Source: Candidatus Poribacteria bacterium
GTDB taxonomy: Bacteria > Poribacteria > WGA-4E > PCPOR2b
Length of the DNA: 64,000 nt
NCBI GenBank assembly: GCA_965208325.1
Contig: OZ242326.1
Span: forward strand, 256,001-320,000
Direction: 5' to 3'
Under the pieces are notes generated by a model. That model was not told the DNA's origin and searched no databases. It saw only the letters and a list, made by a program, of their open reading frames with translations. The stretch's first letter is position 1. The number at the start of each line of letters is the position of its first letter. This document shows, piece after piece, positions 26,881 to 36,003 of the stretch. The translations under genes and the position numbers were made by a program.

Positions 26881-29319
26881 TTATTCGCCTTTTCGAATCA
26901 TGAGGCGATAGTGGCTACCAATCTTCTTGGTGTCGGTAATCTCATGCCCGTCATTCGTCAGGCTCTTGGGGACGTTTTCAATCGGTTCGCCATCGTCAAT
27001 CGTGATTTCGAGGAGCTGGCCGGTATCCATCGTCTCCAAGCGGATTTTGGCTTGCACGTAGTTGAACGGACACGCAACGCCTTTGAGATCGAGGCTATCG
27101 ACGATTTCCTCGACCGGCTCAGTCTTGGGCTCTGCTTTCGGGATCCGGGCAGGACGGGCTTCCCGTTTCTTGCTCCCGGCTTCTTCCTCTTGACGAATCC
27201 GCATCCGTCCGTAGACGTTGTGTGCCTCCTCAACGAAGAGGGTCGCCTCTTCGACGCGCCGGTGGGTTAGCTCCCTATCAAACGCGCTGGTATCTTCCTC
27301 TACCGCCTTAAACAGGTGCGCTCCGAAACCGGGGAATACGATTCCCGGCTCGAAGAACCGAACTCGGAATTCCTTGACCGTCGTCTCATCGTCAATGTGC
27401 TGCAGCCCTTCTGTCGTTAGCAACGCGTCCGCAGCCTTTATCATAGCCTCAAAGGCGTGTTGGGCGGAATCGACATATTGATCTCGTTCGAGATCCACGC
27501 CCGCCTCATAAATCAGCCGGTCGGCTTCCTCAAGTATAAACGAGACCAACTCGACCAACTGTCCCGCGCACTCGCCAACAGCTTTCTTGAGCTGGAACTC
27601 CTTTGTGTCGCCGGTGTCGATGTAATAGCTGGGGTCTTCTTCAAAAGTGGGAATTTGGTCGTATTGGCGGAGTATCGACTTAACTTCGGCTTTACCCAGT
27701 TTTTCGATATAGTCCGTGAACGATTCATCGTCAGTGCGTTCATCAATGTACTTTCCGGTCAGGTGCTCGATAAATTGCGGTATGTTCTTACCGTGAATCT
27801 TTCCAGCGGCAAGTCCATAGGCGCCTGCGTTATCGGTGGCATGGCCGCCCAACATCACCTGATAGTACGGGGCGATATGTTCACCCATCCGCCGAGAGGA
27901 ACCGAAGAACCCAATGTTCGCAATGTGGTGCTGGCCGCACGAGTTGGGGCAGCCGCTAATCTTGATTCGCAGGTCTTGAATCTCGTCTTTCACGCCGGTA
28001 TCGAGGAGGTAATTTCTCAGATGCGCAGCCAACCCGCGCGACGACGAGATGCCGAGCTTGCAAGAATCTGTTCCCGGGCACGCCGTAATGTCAACCAAAG
28101 TCTCTGCACCCGAAGCCGCTAATCCTATCGCATCGAGATCTCGGTATAGGGCCGGCAAATCGCTCAAGCTGACCCATCGCAGCACGAGATTTTGCTCGAC
28201 CGTGGTACGAATCGTGTCTTTGACGTACTTACGGGAGATTCCCGCCAACGCCCGCGCCTGGTCCGCCGTAATGTCTCCAAGCGGCAGTGTGATGTTGACC
28301 ACCGTATAGCCCGGCTGGCGCTGCGTACGCACATTGGAAGCGTGCCACTGCTCGAATCCTTCAGGTTTCGAGGCGCCGTTAAGTTGTGACGGCGGTTTCA
28401 ACGGCGTTTCATCATACGCATCCAGATTGTCGAGATGTGCAGTCCACGCGGGGTCATGGCGCAACTGTTGCCGCTCCTCCAATACAAGGCGGCGAAACTC
28501 GTCAACGCCGAGTTTTGCCACGACGAACTTCATCCGAGCCTTGTTCCGGTTTTTACGTTCGCCCAACCGCGTGAACACCTTCGAAATCGCCTGCGAAATC
28601 GGCAATAACTCCTCTTCTGGCACAAATTCATCAAAGACTTTTGCCTGATGCGGCACTGCGCCAAGGCCGCCGCCAACAAGCAATTTAAACCCGCGCTTCA
28701 GCTTGCCGTCAACCTCTTTTAACACCGCAACCGCGCCGATATCGTGCATGTACCCCAAGCCGCAGGCGTGTTCATGGCATCCGGAAAATGCAATCTTAAA
28801 CTTACGTCCAAAGTCCTGCGCATCTTGATGCCCCAACAAAAATGCCGAAAGTGCCTTTGAATGCGGTGTAACATCAAACGGCTCGTCGTTGCAGACGCCG
28901 GCAAGCGGGCAAGCCGTAACATTGCGGACGACATTGCCGCACGCCTCCTTGGTAGTAATGCCGACGGACGCCAACCGCCGCATTAACTCAGGTGTGTTGT
29001 TTATATCGACGTAGTGGTACTGCACATCCTGCCGCGTCGTGATGTGGATGATATTGTCAGAAAATTCTTCAGCAATGTCGGCGAGCATTTCCAATTGAGA
29101 AGCGTCTAATCCGCCGAAAGGAATCTTCACGCGAATCATCTGAGAGCCGTCGTCGCGCTGTCCATAGACGCCGTGGCGCAGCCTGAATTCGAGGAAAATC
29201 TCTTCCGGCATTTGCCCCGCCTGTACACGGCCGAGTTGCATCTCATAAATCTCAATCGCGCGGTCGTCATCTGGCGCAATTGTACCGGGGTCATATGGGG
29301 CTAAACTATCTATCGTCAT
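26881..29319 (-). CDS. Siroheme nitrite/sulfite reductase fused to a HEPN-like helical domain and a C-terminal TusA/SirA domain
   Basis: FRLRHGVYGQR, HITTRQDVQ, ACPGTDSCKLG and SGCPNSCGQH siroheme/Fe-S motifs; C-terminal LDLKGVACPFNYV...IDDGEPIENVPKSL. Confidence 0.92.
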   Translation of the reverse strand: MTIDSLAPYDPGTIAPDDDRAIEIYEMQLGRVQAGQMPEEIFLEFRLRHGVYGQRDDGSQMIRVKIPFGGLDASQLEMLADIAEEFSDNIIHITTRQDVQYHYVDINNTPELMRRLASVGITTKEACGNVVRNVTACPLAGVCNDEPFDVTPHSKALSAFLLGHQDAQDFGRKFKIAFSGCHEHACGLGYMHDIGAVAVLKEVDGKLKRGFKLLVGGGLGAVPHQAKVFDEFVPEEELLPISQAISKVFTRLGERKNRNKARMKFVVAKLGVDEFRRLVLEERQQLRHDPAWTAHLDNLDAYDETPLKPPSQLNGASKPEGFEQWHASNVRTQRQPGYTVVNITLPLGDITADQARALAGISRKYVKDTIRTTVEQNLVLRWVSLSDLPALYRDLDAIGLAASGAETLVDITACPGTDSCKLGISSSRGLAAHLRNYLLDTGVKDEIQDLRIKISGCPNSCGQHHIANIGFFGSSRRMGEHIAPYYQVMLGGHATDNAGAYGLAAGKIHGKNIPQFIEHLTGKYIDERTDDESFTDYIEKLGKAEVKSILRQYDQIPTFEEDPSYYIDTGDTKEFQLKKAVGECAGQLVELVSFILEEADRLIYEAGVDLERDQYVDSAQHAFEAMIKAADALLTTEGLQHIDDETTVKEFRVRFFEPGIVFPGFGAHLFKAVEEDTSAFDRELTHRRVEEATLFVEEAHNVYGRMRIRQEEEAGSKKREARPARIPKAEPKTEPVEEIVDSLDLKGVACPFNYVQAKIRLETMDTGQLLEITIDDGEPIENVPKSLTNDGHEITDTKKIGSHYRLMIRKGE

Positions 29320-29424
29320 TATTTCTCTCCTTTGAACTATTCAACTTATGAAGAGTCCAATGCCTTACGAATGTCATGTTTAGAATGGGGGATATTGCAC
29401 GCTGCATAGATCTATCTGACTATA

Positions 29425-29544
29425 ACTATAACGCGAATGCCCGGAGAAGTCAAGTCAAATTGTCTGTATATGGCATTTTGCACGTGCCCGCCGGTGTTGT
29501 TCCAACGAAAATGGCTTGACGGAAAATTTCCTGCGCATTAAACT
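29425..29544. promoter_or_regulatory. Divergent sigma70-type promoters (sulfite reductase / glutaredoxin-like gene)
   Basis: Minus: TTGACT-17-TATAGT (29453-29425). Plus: TTGACG-17-TAAACT (29516-29544). Confidence 0.55.
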
Positions 29545-29675
29545 GTTATCATAGTCACGCCATTATTGCCCCTAACAGTGATTCGCGCACATTCGAGCTA
29601 AGCAGAATCCCATTTGAATTATTCCCATTCTTGCAAATTCGTTTTTTCCAACCATACCAACGCCTAGGTGCATTT

Positions 29676-29951
29676 ATGGAACCCTTAACGCTTAAACTGT
29701 ACACAAAACCTGATTGCCCGCTCTGCGATGATGCCAAAGACCTACTCAATGCGGTCGCAGCGGACTCACAAATTCAGATCGAGGAGATTGACATCACATC
29801 TAACCTTGGGTTGTTCACCAAGTACAAAGACACAATTCCTGTTTTGGAGATGAACGGCAAGCGGATGTTTGAACATCGCATTGATGTGCGGGTACTCAAG
29901 CGAAAGTTGAAGTGGAGGCGATTGTATCGGAAGTTTGTAGAATCACTTTGA
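29676..29951 (+). CDS. Glutaredoxin-like protein (DUF836)
   Basis: LYTKPDCPLCD, EEIDI, IPVL. Confidence 0.85.
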   Translation: MEPLTLKLYTKPDCPLCDDAKDLLNAVAADSQIQIEEIDITSNLGLFTKYKDTIPVLEMNGKRMFEHRIDVRVLKRKLKWRRLYRKFVESL

Positions 29952-29998
29952 GCGTTGAGCACAATTGCAGTATCCATGATTGAGGTGCAATGTTAGAG

Positions 29999-30027
29999 TT
30001 GACTATCTCGCCGGATTATGCTACATT
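29999..30027 (+). promoter_or_regulatory. Putative sigma70 promoter for the aldo/keto reductase
   Basis: TTGACT-17-TACATT with extended TG. Confidence 0.5.
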
Positions 30028-30124
30028 GACAGTCGAAATATAGAAATCAAGTACATCCCAGACGTGGACTGCAGTTTGCAATGAATGATGAAGGCGTATA
30101 ATAAACACAACGGGAGGTCAAACT

Positions 30125-31147
30125 ATGGAATATCGTCCATTTGGGCGGACAGGGCTCCAAGTTTCTGCGATTGGATTCGGTTGCTGGGAGATGGGGGGCG
30201 ATTATGGGTCAATTGATGAATCAGAGGCGACGAATGCTGTGCATCGTGCCATTGATTTGGGCATAAACTGTTTTGATACTGCTGAAGCTTACGGTATGGG
30301 AAAATCAGAGGAGGCTTTGGCTAAAGCGTTGGGGCATCGGCGAAAAGATGTTATTATAGTCACGAAGTTCGGCGTTGGCTACGAGAACGACCGTCAGAAA
30401 GGGAAAGACAGCAGCCGAGAAATGGTGCATGCCGCTATTGATCGCAGCTTGAAAGCGCTAAACACCGACTATGTAGATGTTTATTTAGTCCACTGGCCCG
30501 ATCGCTCGACTCCATTTGAAGAAACGATGGGTGCGTTTGATGAGATCGTACAGCAGGGTAAAGTCCGTTACGTTGGGCTGTCGAATTTCACGCTCGATGA
30601 AATCAAGGCGTGCATGGCAATACGGCCAATTCATGTTTTGCAGTACGGCTGCAATCTGTTTGATAGGCGCATGGCAAAATGGATTTTCCCTTACGCTCAA
30701 GAGCAACAGATTGGCATAATGTCCTACGGATCGCTTGCCTACGGATTGTTATCCGGGACGTTCACGAAGGAGACAACTTTTGGCGACAAGGATTGGCGCA
30801 GCAGGGACGAATGGCTGCACTTGTTGAGGTTCTTTACACCAGAGGTATTCGAGCGTAACGTCGAGGTCGCCGTTGCGATTTCTGCCATTGCTGAACGGTT
30901 AGGAAAGAAACTGCCGCAATTTGCTCTCAATTGGGTTTTATCGCATCAGGCGGTTAGCACCGCGCTTGTTGGCGCAAGGCGGCCCCTCGAAGTTGAGGAA
31001 AACATGGGCGCTATCGGCTGGAGTTTGTCTGATGAAGTGATAGCCGAAATTGATAAAATCTTTGCGGATCACGATGTCGATCCCGCCCCGAACACGTGGG
31101 TGGAAGAGATTGAGACGCATGACACGGATACGACCGAATCTAACTAA
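30125..31147 (+). CDS. Aldo/keto reductase
   Basis: IGFGCW, FDTAEAYG, TKFG, DVYLVHWP, GLSNF; GGAGG RBS. Confidence 0.93.
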   Translation: MEYRPFGRTGLQVSAIGFGCWEMGGDYGSIDESEATNAVHRAIDLGINCFDTAEAYGMGKSEEALAKALGHRRKDVIIVTKFGVGYENDRQKGKDSSREMVHAAIDRSLKALNTDYVDVYLVHWPDRSTPFEETMGAFDEIVQQGKVRYVGLSNFTLDEIKACMAIRPIHVLQYGCNLFDRRMAKWIFPYAQEQQIGIMSYGSLAYGLLSGTFTKETTFGDKDWRSRDEWLHLLRFFTPEVFERNVEVAVAISAIAERLGKKLPQFALNWVLSHQAVSTALVGARRPLEVEENMGAIGWSLSDEVIAEIDKIFADHDVDPAPNTWVEEIETHDTDTTESN

Positions 31148-33078
31148 CCGTCGTGCCACCCCATGTTATATGTCGCAACTCTGAACACCGCGCTAATAAT
31201 GCTCCAGATGCAGCCCATTGAGTAGTCCCCTAGAATCAATCCCGCAAAGAACGGGATGGCTCTCCGATATGCTTTCAACCCGCCGTACCGAAGGATCGAA
31301 AACTTCAGTGCCCAACTGATAAGGACTGGCACCCAAATATAGACCATCTCGCCCGGACTCATCCCCAGTACATAACCGACGGGGTGGAGCGGCCACCAGA
31401 GAAAACGCATCTTTAAAGCTAATAGTAGCGCGGTGATTCCCGTTCCCAGCCCCATGAATCCCATTGTCACGTAATCGTGTCCCTGTGGCAAACTTAACCA
31501 CAGTTGGAGGCGTTGGGTAAAAGTTTCGTATCCTACTCTCAAGATAAATGAACGCGAATTTGCTGCGCCGTGTTCATACAAGAGATGAAGGTATATCAAA
31601 AAAGTCAAAGGTATGCCGACAGCAAGCGTGATGAGCATCGCCCGCAGTAGTTTGCGGTTATTGATGCTTGCCTGCTCGCCAATCCGAAATGATTCTAGTT
31701 GGTTCGGCATGGGATGGTGGGGTTGGTCCCGACTCAACCAATAGAAGAAGGAGAGTACGGTCAAGTTGCGAGGTCCATACGTGCGCGTGCCGAGCGACGT
31801 CACCATCGTCCGCGCCGGATTCAAGAATAGTATCTCATGCACAGCGACGCCAAGGCCAGCTCTGACTTTAGTTACTCCAATGGCGCTGCAACAGTATATG
31901 CCAAAAAACAAAATCAAGACCCAAAAGGAAAGCCCAGCTTTATAGGCGAACCAGAGTAGAAACAGCAGACCGCCGACAATCCCCAACAGCGCAGTCCGGT
32001 ATCGCATGGGCTCGCTAATTTCATTCATTTCGCCCCCGCCTGCGAACACTTGTGTAAAGACGCGTTTGAAATGTTTGCGTCCGACCCATAATGCTAAAAG
32101 CCCCAATCCAATCCACGCCCCTTGTGCCTGCTCATCAAAATAGAGGGTACGCCACCCCATGACGCCCAGAAACATCCGCATCATTTTCTGCAAAAGAAAA
32201 AAGAACCATGCGGAAAATGCGAGATCTAGAGGCATAAAAAAGGAGAGTCCAATCACAAATGGCTGAAAAGAGATGAGCGTCCGCCCGGTGTAAACCCACG
32301 GCTTCTCGCGCGGCGTAATGTTCTGCCACCCCACCGGTATAGCGGGAATGGCAGGGTATAAGGCGTGCAAACCGTTTAACAAACTGATTCCAGCCGCGAT
32401 ACCAAAACCGGCCCACATTAGCTTTTTTCTGAAGAATGACGATGGGTCTCTTCCCATTTCCAGAGGCATCCAAGTAATCGGATAAGTAAGTCTCTCGTGT
32501 TCCGTGAATTGCCGTCGGATTAGGGTGTTAATACAGATAAGGACAAAATAGATGACGAACGTGAAGGCGGACCAATAGAACATTGGACCAATCCAAGCCT
32601 TAAAGCGATGTCGCGTGAAAACGGAGGACTCGCCGAGAAAAAAGCCGCTTAGCACGCTCTTGTCGTTCGTCGTGAACCATGGCGGGATATACTGCAAGAA
32701 CAAGTTTCGCCAGTCATTTTCCGCAGTGTCGAACCAGAACGGGTGGGCGAGCGTCCCCACCAATTTGTTCATCGTGGTGTGCCCTGACACCGTTGTTACC
32801 ATTACAGCCATCACGTAGATGACTAAAAGGTTTGATGGACTGAGCGCATGCCTAGGAAGGAATTTCCGTAGTAGGAGGTTAAGTAAAATCAGAACAAACA
32901 GCGTGAATACGGCGTTGCTGAAGAGCGACATATAGTTGTGCACCAGACCGATGATGAGGTTGTTTACCGAAACCCAATAGGTGTTTACGATAACCACAAC
33001 AAGTCCGATGACTACAACTTTCAGAGGAATGTCAGTAGACTGTTTGTCTTCAATAGGTGGGAATTTTTCCACAGGCAC
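31144..33078 (-). CDS. Polytopic membrane protein, DUF6785/DUF6784 (OPT-like putative transporter)
   Basis: Many TM helices; ERLTYP, WWPLHPVGY, ILRYGG...PFFAGLILGD motifs. Confidence 0.75.
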   Translation of the reverse strand: MPVEKFPPIEDKQSTDIPLKVVVIGLVVVIVNTYWVSVNNLIIGLVHNYMSLFSNAVFTLFVLILLNLLLRKFLPRHALSPSNLLVIYVMAVMVTTVSGHTTMNKLVGTLAHPFWFDTAENDWRNLFLQYIPPWFTTNDKSVLSGFFLGESSVFTRHRFKAWIGPMFYWSAFTFVIYFVLICINTLIRRQFTEHERLTYPITWMPLEMGRDPSSFFRKKLMWAGFGIAAGISLLNGLHALYPAIPAIPVGWQNITPREKPWVYTGRTLISFQPFVIGLSFFMPLDLAFSAWFFFLLQKMMRMFLGVMGWRTLYFDEQAQGAWIGLGLLALWVGRKHFKRVFTQVFAGGGEMNEISEPMRYRTALLGIVGGLLFLLWFAYKAGLSFWVLILFFGIYCCSAIGVTKVRAGLGVAVHEILFLNPARTMVTSLGTRTYGPRNLTVLSFFYWLSRDQPHHPMPNQLESFRIGEQASINNRKLLRAMLITLAVGIPLTFLIYLHLLYEHGAANSRSFILRVGYETFTQRLQLWLSLPQGHDYVTMGFMGLGTGITALLLALKMRFLWWPLHPVGYVLGMSPGEMVYIWVPVLISWALKFSILRYGGLKAYRRAIPFFAGLILGDYSMGCIWSIISAVFRVATYNMGWHDG

Positions 33079-33218
33079 ATTATCAGAATTTTACCAAAAT
33101 TGGTAGGTGATTGGCTGCCAATTCGTAACGCCAAATTCAATACGGTCACGTCAAGCTGAACGGGAATTGAAGCGAAATTTGCTGCAATTTATGACAATTC
33201 GAAAGGTGGCATTGTCCC

Positions 33219-34196
33219 CTATGCCGGCAGGATGCAATCGAAAAAGTGTTCTATGAATCCCTCGGCGTTTACGCCTACACATACGCGGGCGTTGGTTTTC
33301 AGGGCAGGTCGTCCTTGTCGCAAATCGGCAATCGTCATTCCCTGCGTCAATTGTCCCGATGTTTCTACTTGCACGAAGGCATCAGCTGTATCAAAAAGGT
33401 CCGGCCGGGCTATTAGACCAATAGGAAGTGCATCGTGAATGTAGATACCGTCAAATCCCTCGCGTTGATGATGATACGCCATACTCACTCGTGTAGCGTC
33501 CCGAAGAAACTTTGCCAGTCTATCACTCCGTACACCGCACTCAGCCTTGAGGCGTTCGCTCTTAAGCATGACTCGGTGGGTCACATCCAGTGGCACTAGT
33601 GTAATAGGAACTCCAAAATCAAGTACCCGTTGGGCAGCGTGAGGATCGACGAAAATATTGAATTCAGCCGTTGTCGTGACGTTTCCGTAAGTCTCGAAAG
33701 CCCCTCCCATCAATACTATCTCTTTTATATTACGCATGTGGTTAGGATTCTTGTCCATCGCTTTGGCAATATTTGTGAGAGGCCCAAGGGCAACTAACAC
33801 AAGTTCATTGGGGTGTTGGCAGGCGAGATTAATGATCAAATCGACCGCCGAGGCTGTTGCCAATCGCAGTTCAGGATCCGGATAGGAACGCGAACCATCT
33901 GGTCCATTGAGCTTCGTCACATCCCCTAAGCCATCAGATCCGTGTACGTGCGCCGCCGTCACGAGCGGCTTAACCAGCGGTTGCGGCTCTCCTTGCGCAA
34001 TTATTGGATATTCACCCAAATCCATCGCATTTAAGGTCAGCATTACATTGCGCGTGCAAAAATCTACGTAAACGTTGCCGCTGACCGTCGTGATTGCTTC
34101 AACCTTCATCTCCGGTGTATTTAGTGCTAATATAATGGCTAAGGCATCGTCCACGCCGGTGTCAGTGTCTAATAGAATGCGTTGCATTGATGTCAT
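33219..34196 (-). CDS. Nucleoside hydrolase (IUNH family)
   Basis: DTDTGVDD, VHGSDGLG, LGPLTN, AEFNIFVDPHAA, PLDVT, IHD. Confidence 0.93.
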   Translation of the reverse strand: MTSMQRILLDTDTGVDDALAIILALNTPEMKVEAITTVSGNVYVDFCTRNVMLTLNAMDLGEYPIIAQGEPQPLVKPLVTAAHVHGSDGLGDVTKLNGPDGSRSYPDPELRLATASAVDLIINLACQHPNELVLVALGPLTNIAKAMDKNPNHMRNIKEIVLMGGAFETYGNVTTTAEFNIFVDPHAAQRVLDFGVPITLVPLDVTHRVMLKSERLKAECGVRSDRLAKFLRDATRVSMAYHHQREGFDGIYIHDALPIGLIARPDLFDTADAFVQVETSGQLTQGMTIADLRQGRPALKTNARVCVGVNAEGFIEHFFDCILPA

Positions 34197-34260
34197 TCCC
34201 CGCGAAGGGCAAGCGATAAATCAGACGGTTGCAAACTCGCCCCAAACATTTAAAGCGGTT

Positions 34261-36003
34261 TTATTCGGTCGACAACAGTCCTAGTCCTTCCTGAATTACG
34301 AGTATCTGATTAGGAACGATGTTACGAATTGTGTCAACAACACCGCTTGGCCACCGCACTTCGATGAAGTCAATCTTTTTTCTTTCCCCCAGCCCAAAGT
34401 GCAGGCGGAGATCGTTCTGAGAGAGATAGCCTGAACCACTCCTCACCTCGTCAATCTGCGTTAGGCCCAATGCGCTTATCTTTACCTTTGCTCCGATGCC
34501 CGCCCGATTGCTCTTGGTGCCGATGGTTTTAATCGTAACCCAATTGCACCGGTTCCCCCCATCATTTCGGATAAGGTCGGGCGAATCGCTAGCGTTGCTA
34601 ATCACCAGGTCCAGGTCACCGTCATTATCGTAATCACCAGTTGCAAGCCCGCGGCTTACCTTGAGCAATCCCAGCGCACTCTGCGATTCGGTCATACCGT
34701 TGACAAACACGCCTTTTCCACTATTTATCAGTAGCTGGTTGAGCTGTGCATAGGTGGTTGTATCATCGTATTTCTCGACCTCATCCTGCAAATGCCCGTT
34801 TGCGATGAAGAGATCTTTGTCGCCATCGTTATCCACGTCAAAGAAATCCACGCCCCAGCCGACGTAAGGGAGGCTATACCCCATGCCCGCGATGAACGAA
34901 ACATCGTTGAAGAAACCGTCGCCATCGTTGAAATAAACCGCGTTCGGTTGTTCTTGGTAGTTTAGCGCGACGAGATCGAGAAGTTCATCGTTGTCACAAT
35001 CCCCGAAATCGACCCCCATAGTTCCCTGAACACTGCCATTCTCATCTGCCTCCACGCCGGCCATCCAGCCTACGCTTTCAAAAGTGCCGTCTCCCGCATT
35101 GCGGTAGAGCAAGTTTTCGCCCGCATCGACGCCGACGTAGCAGTCCGCAAACCCGTCATCGTCATAATCACCAAAAACGACCGCCATGCTCCGGCTCTCG
35201 GCGTTGTATACCCCAGCTTCTCGCGTCACATCGGTAAAGGTACCATCGCCATTATTACGATATAGGATGTCCGGTAATCCGGGAAAACTCTCAGGAGGGC
35301 AATACGTCGCTACTCCGTTTTGATTGCAGGATTTGTGTTCTTCCAAGCGAAAGTTGATATAGTTGGTCACGTACAAATCTAAAAAACCGTCGTTATCATA
35401 ATCTGCAAACGCGCAACCGAGGCTCCAGCGAACGTCTCCGACCCCGGAACGTTGTGTAACATCTGTGAAGCTCCCATCACCGTTATTGCGATAGAGTACA
35501 TTTTTGCCAAAATTCGTCACATACAAATCCAAATTGCCGTCGTTATCATAATCGCCGACTGCACATCCGCTGCCGTAACCGGTGTCTCCAACGCCGGCAG
35601 ATTCGGTTACATCGGTAAACGTGCTGTCTCCATTGCTGCGGTAAAGTTTGTTGGTCGGTGGAGTCTTTGAAGTGAAACCGGGAAGGTCTGCTCCGTTGAC
35701 GAAGTAAACGTCCACGAACCCATCCCCGTCGTAGTCGAAAAATGCAACCCCTGATCCGACCGTTTCCAAGAAATACCGTCTACCCCCTCTACCGTCAATA
35801 TGCTGAAATTCAATGTTTGCACTCTCCGTAACAGCGGTGAGCCTTACGTTACTCTCGCAGTTTGTCTCCGCGTTTCCGTCCGTGAAGCCCGCAAATAGGA
35901 TTAGGAATAAGACAATTTTTGCATTACGCAATATCTGATGCACGGTACGTGAAAGGCATGCCGTCAAATGCCCGCCTTCCGTCTTTTCTTTCATCCCATC
36001 CAC
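34261..36003 (-). CDS. CRTAC1-family FG-GAP repeat protein with ASPIC/UnbV domain
   Basis: Repeated DYDNDG.LD and YRNNGDGTFTDV; C-terminal SGSGYLSQ...LHFGLG...VRWPSG. Confidence 0.92.
   Translation of the reverse strand: MDGMKEKTEGGHLTACLSRTVHQILRNAKIVLFLILFAGFTDGNAETNCESNVRLTAVTESANIEFQHIDGRGGRRYFLETVGSGVAFFDYDGDGFVDVYFVNGADLPGFTSKTPPTNKLYRSNGDSTFTDVTESAGVGDTGYGSGCAVGDYDNDGNLDLYVTNFGKNVLYRNNGDGSFTDVTQRSGVGDVRWSLGCAFADYDNDGFLDLYVTNYINFRLEEHKSCNQNGVATYCPPESFPGLPDILYRNNGDGTFTDVTREAGVYNAESRSMAVVFGDYDDDGFADCYVGVDAGENLLYRNAGDGTFESVGWMAGVEADENGSVQGTMGVDFGDCDNDELLDLVALNYQEQPNAVYFNDGDGFFNDVSFIAGMGYSLPYVGWGVDFFDVDNDGDKDLFIANGHLQDEVEKYDDTTTYAQLNQLLINSGKGVFVNGMTESQSALGLLKVSRGLATGDYDNDGDLDLVISNASDSPDLIRNDGGNRCNWVTIKTIGTKSNRAGIGAKVKISALGLTQIDEVRSGSGYLSQNDLRLHFGLGERKKIDFIEVRWPSGVVDTIRNIVPNQILVIQEGLGLLSTE

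Noticed and set aside
27457..28122. 221-aa plus-strand ORF and the many other short antisense ORFs in the track
   Set aside because: Shadow frames of well-supported genes on the opposite strand
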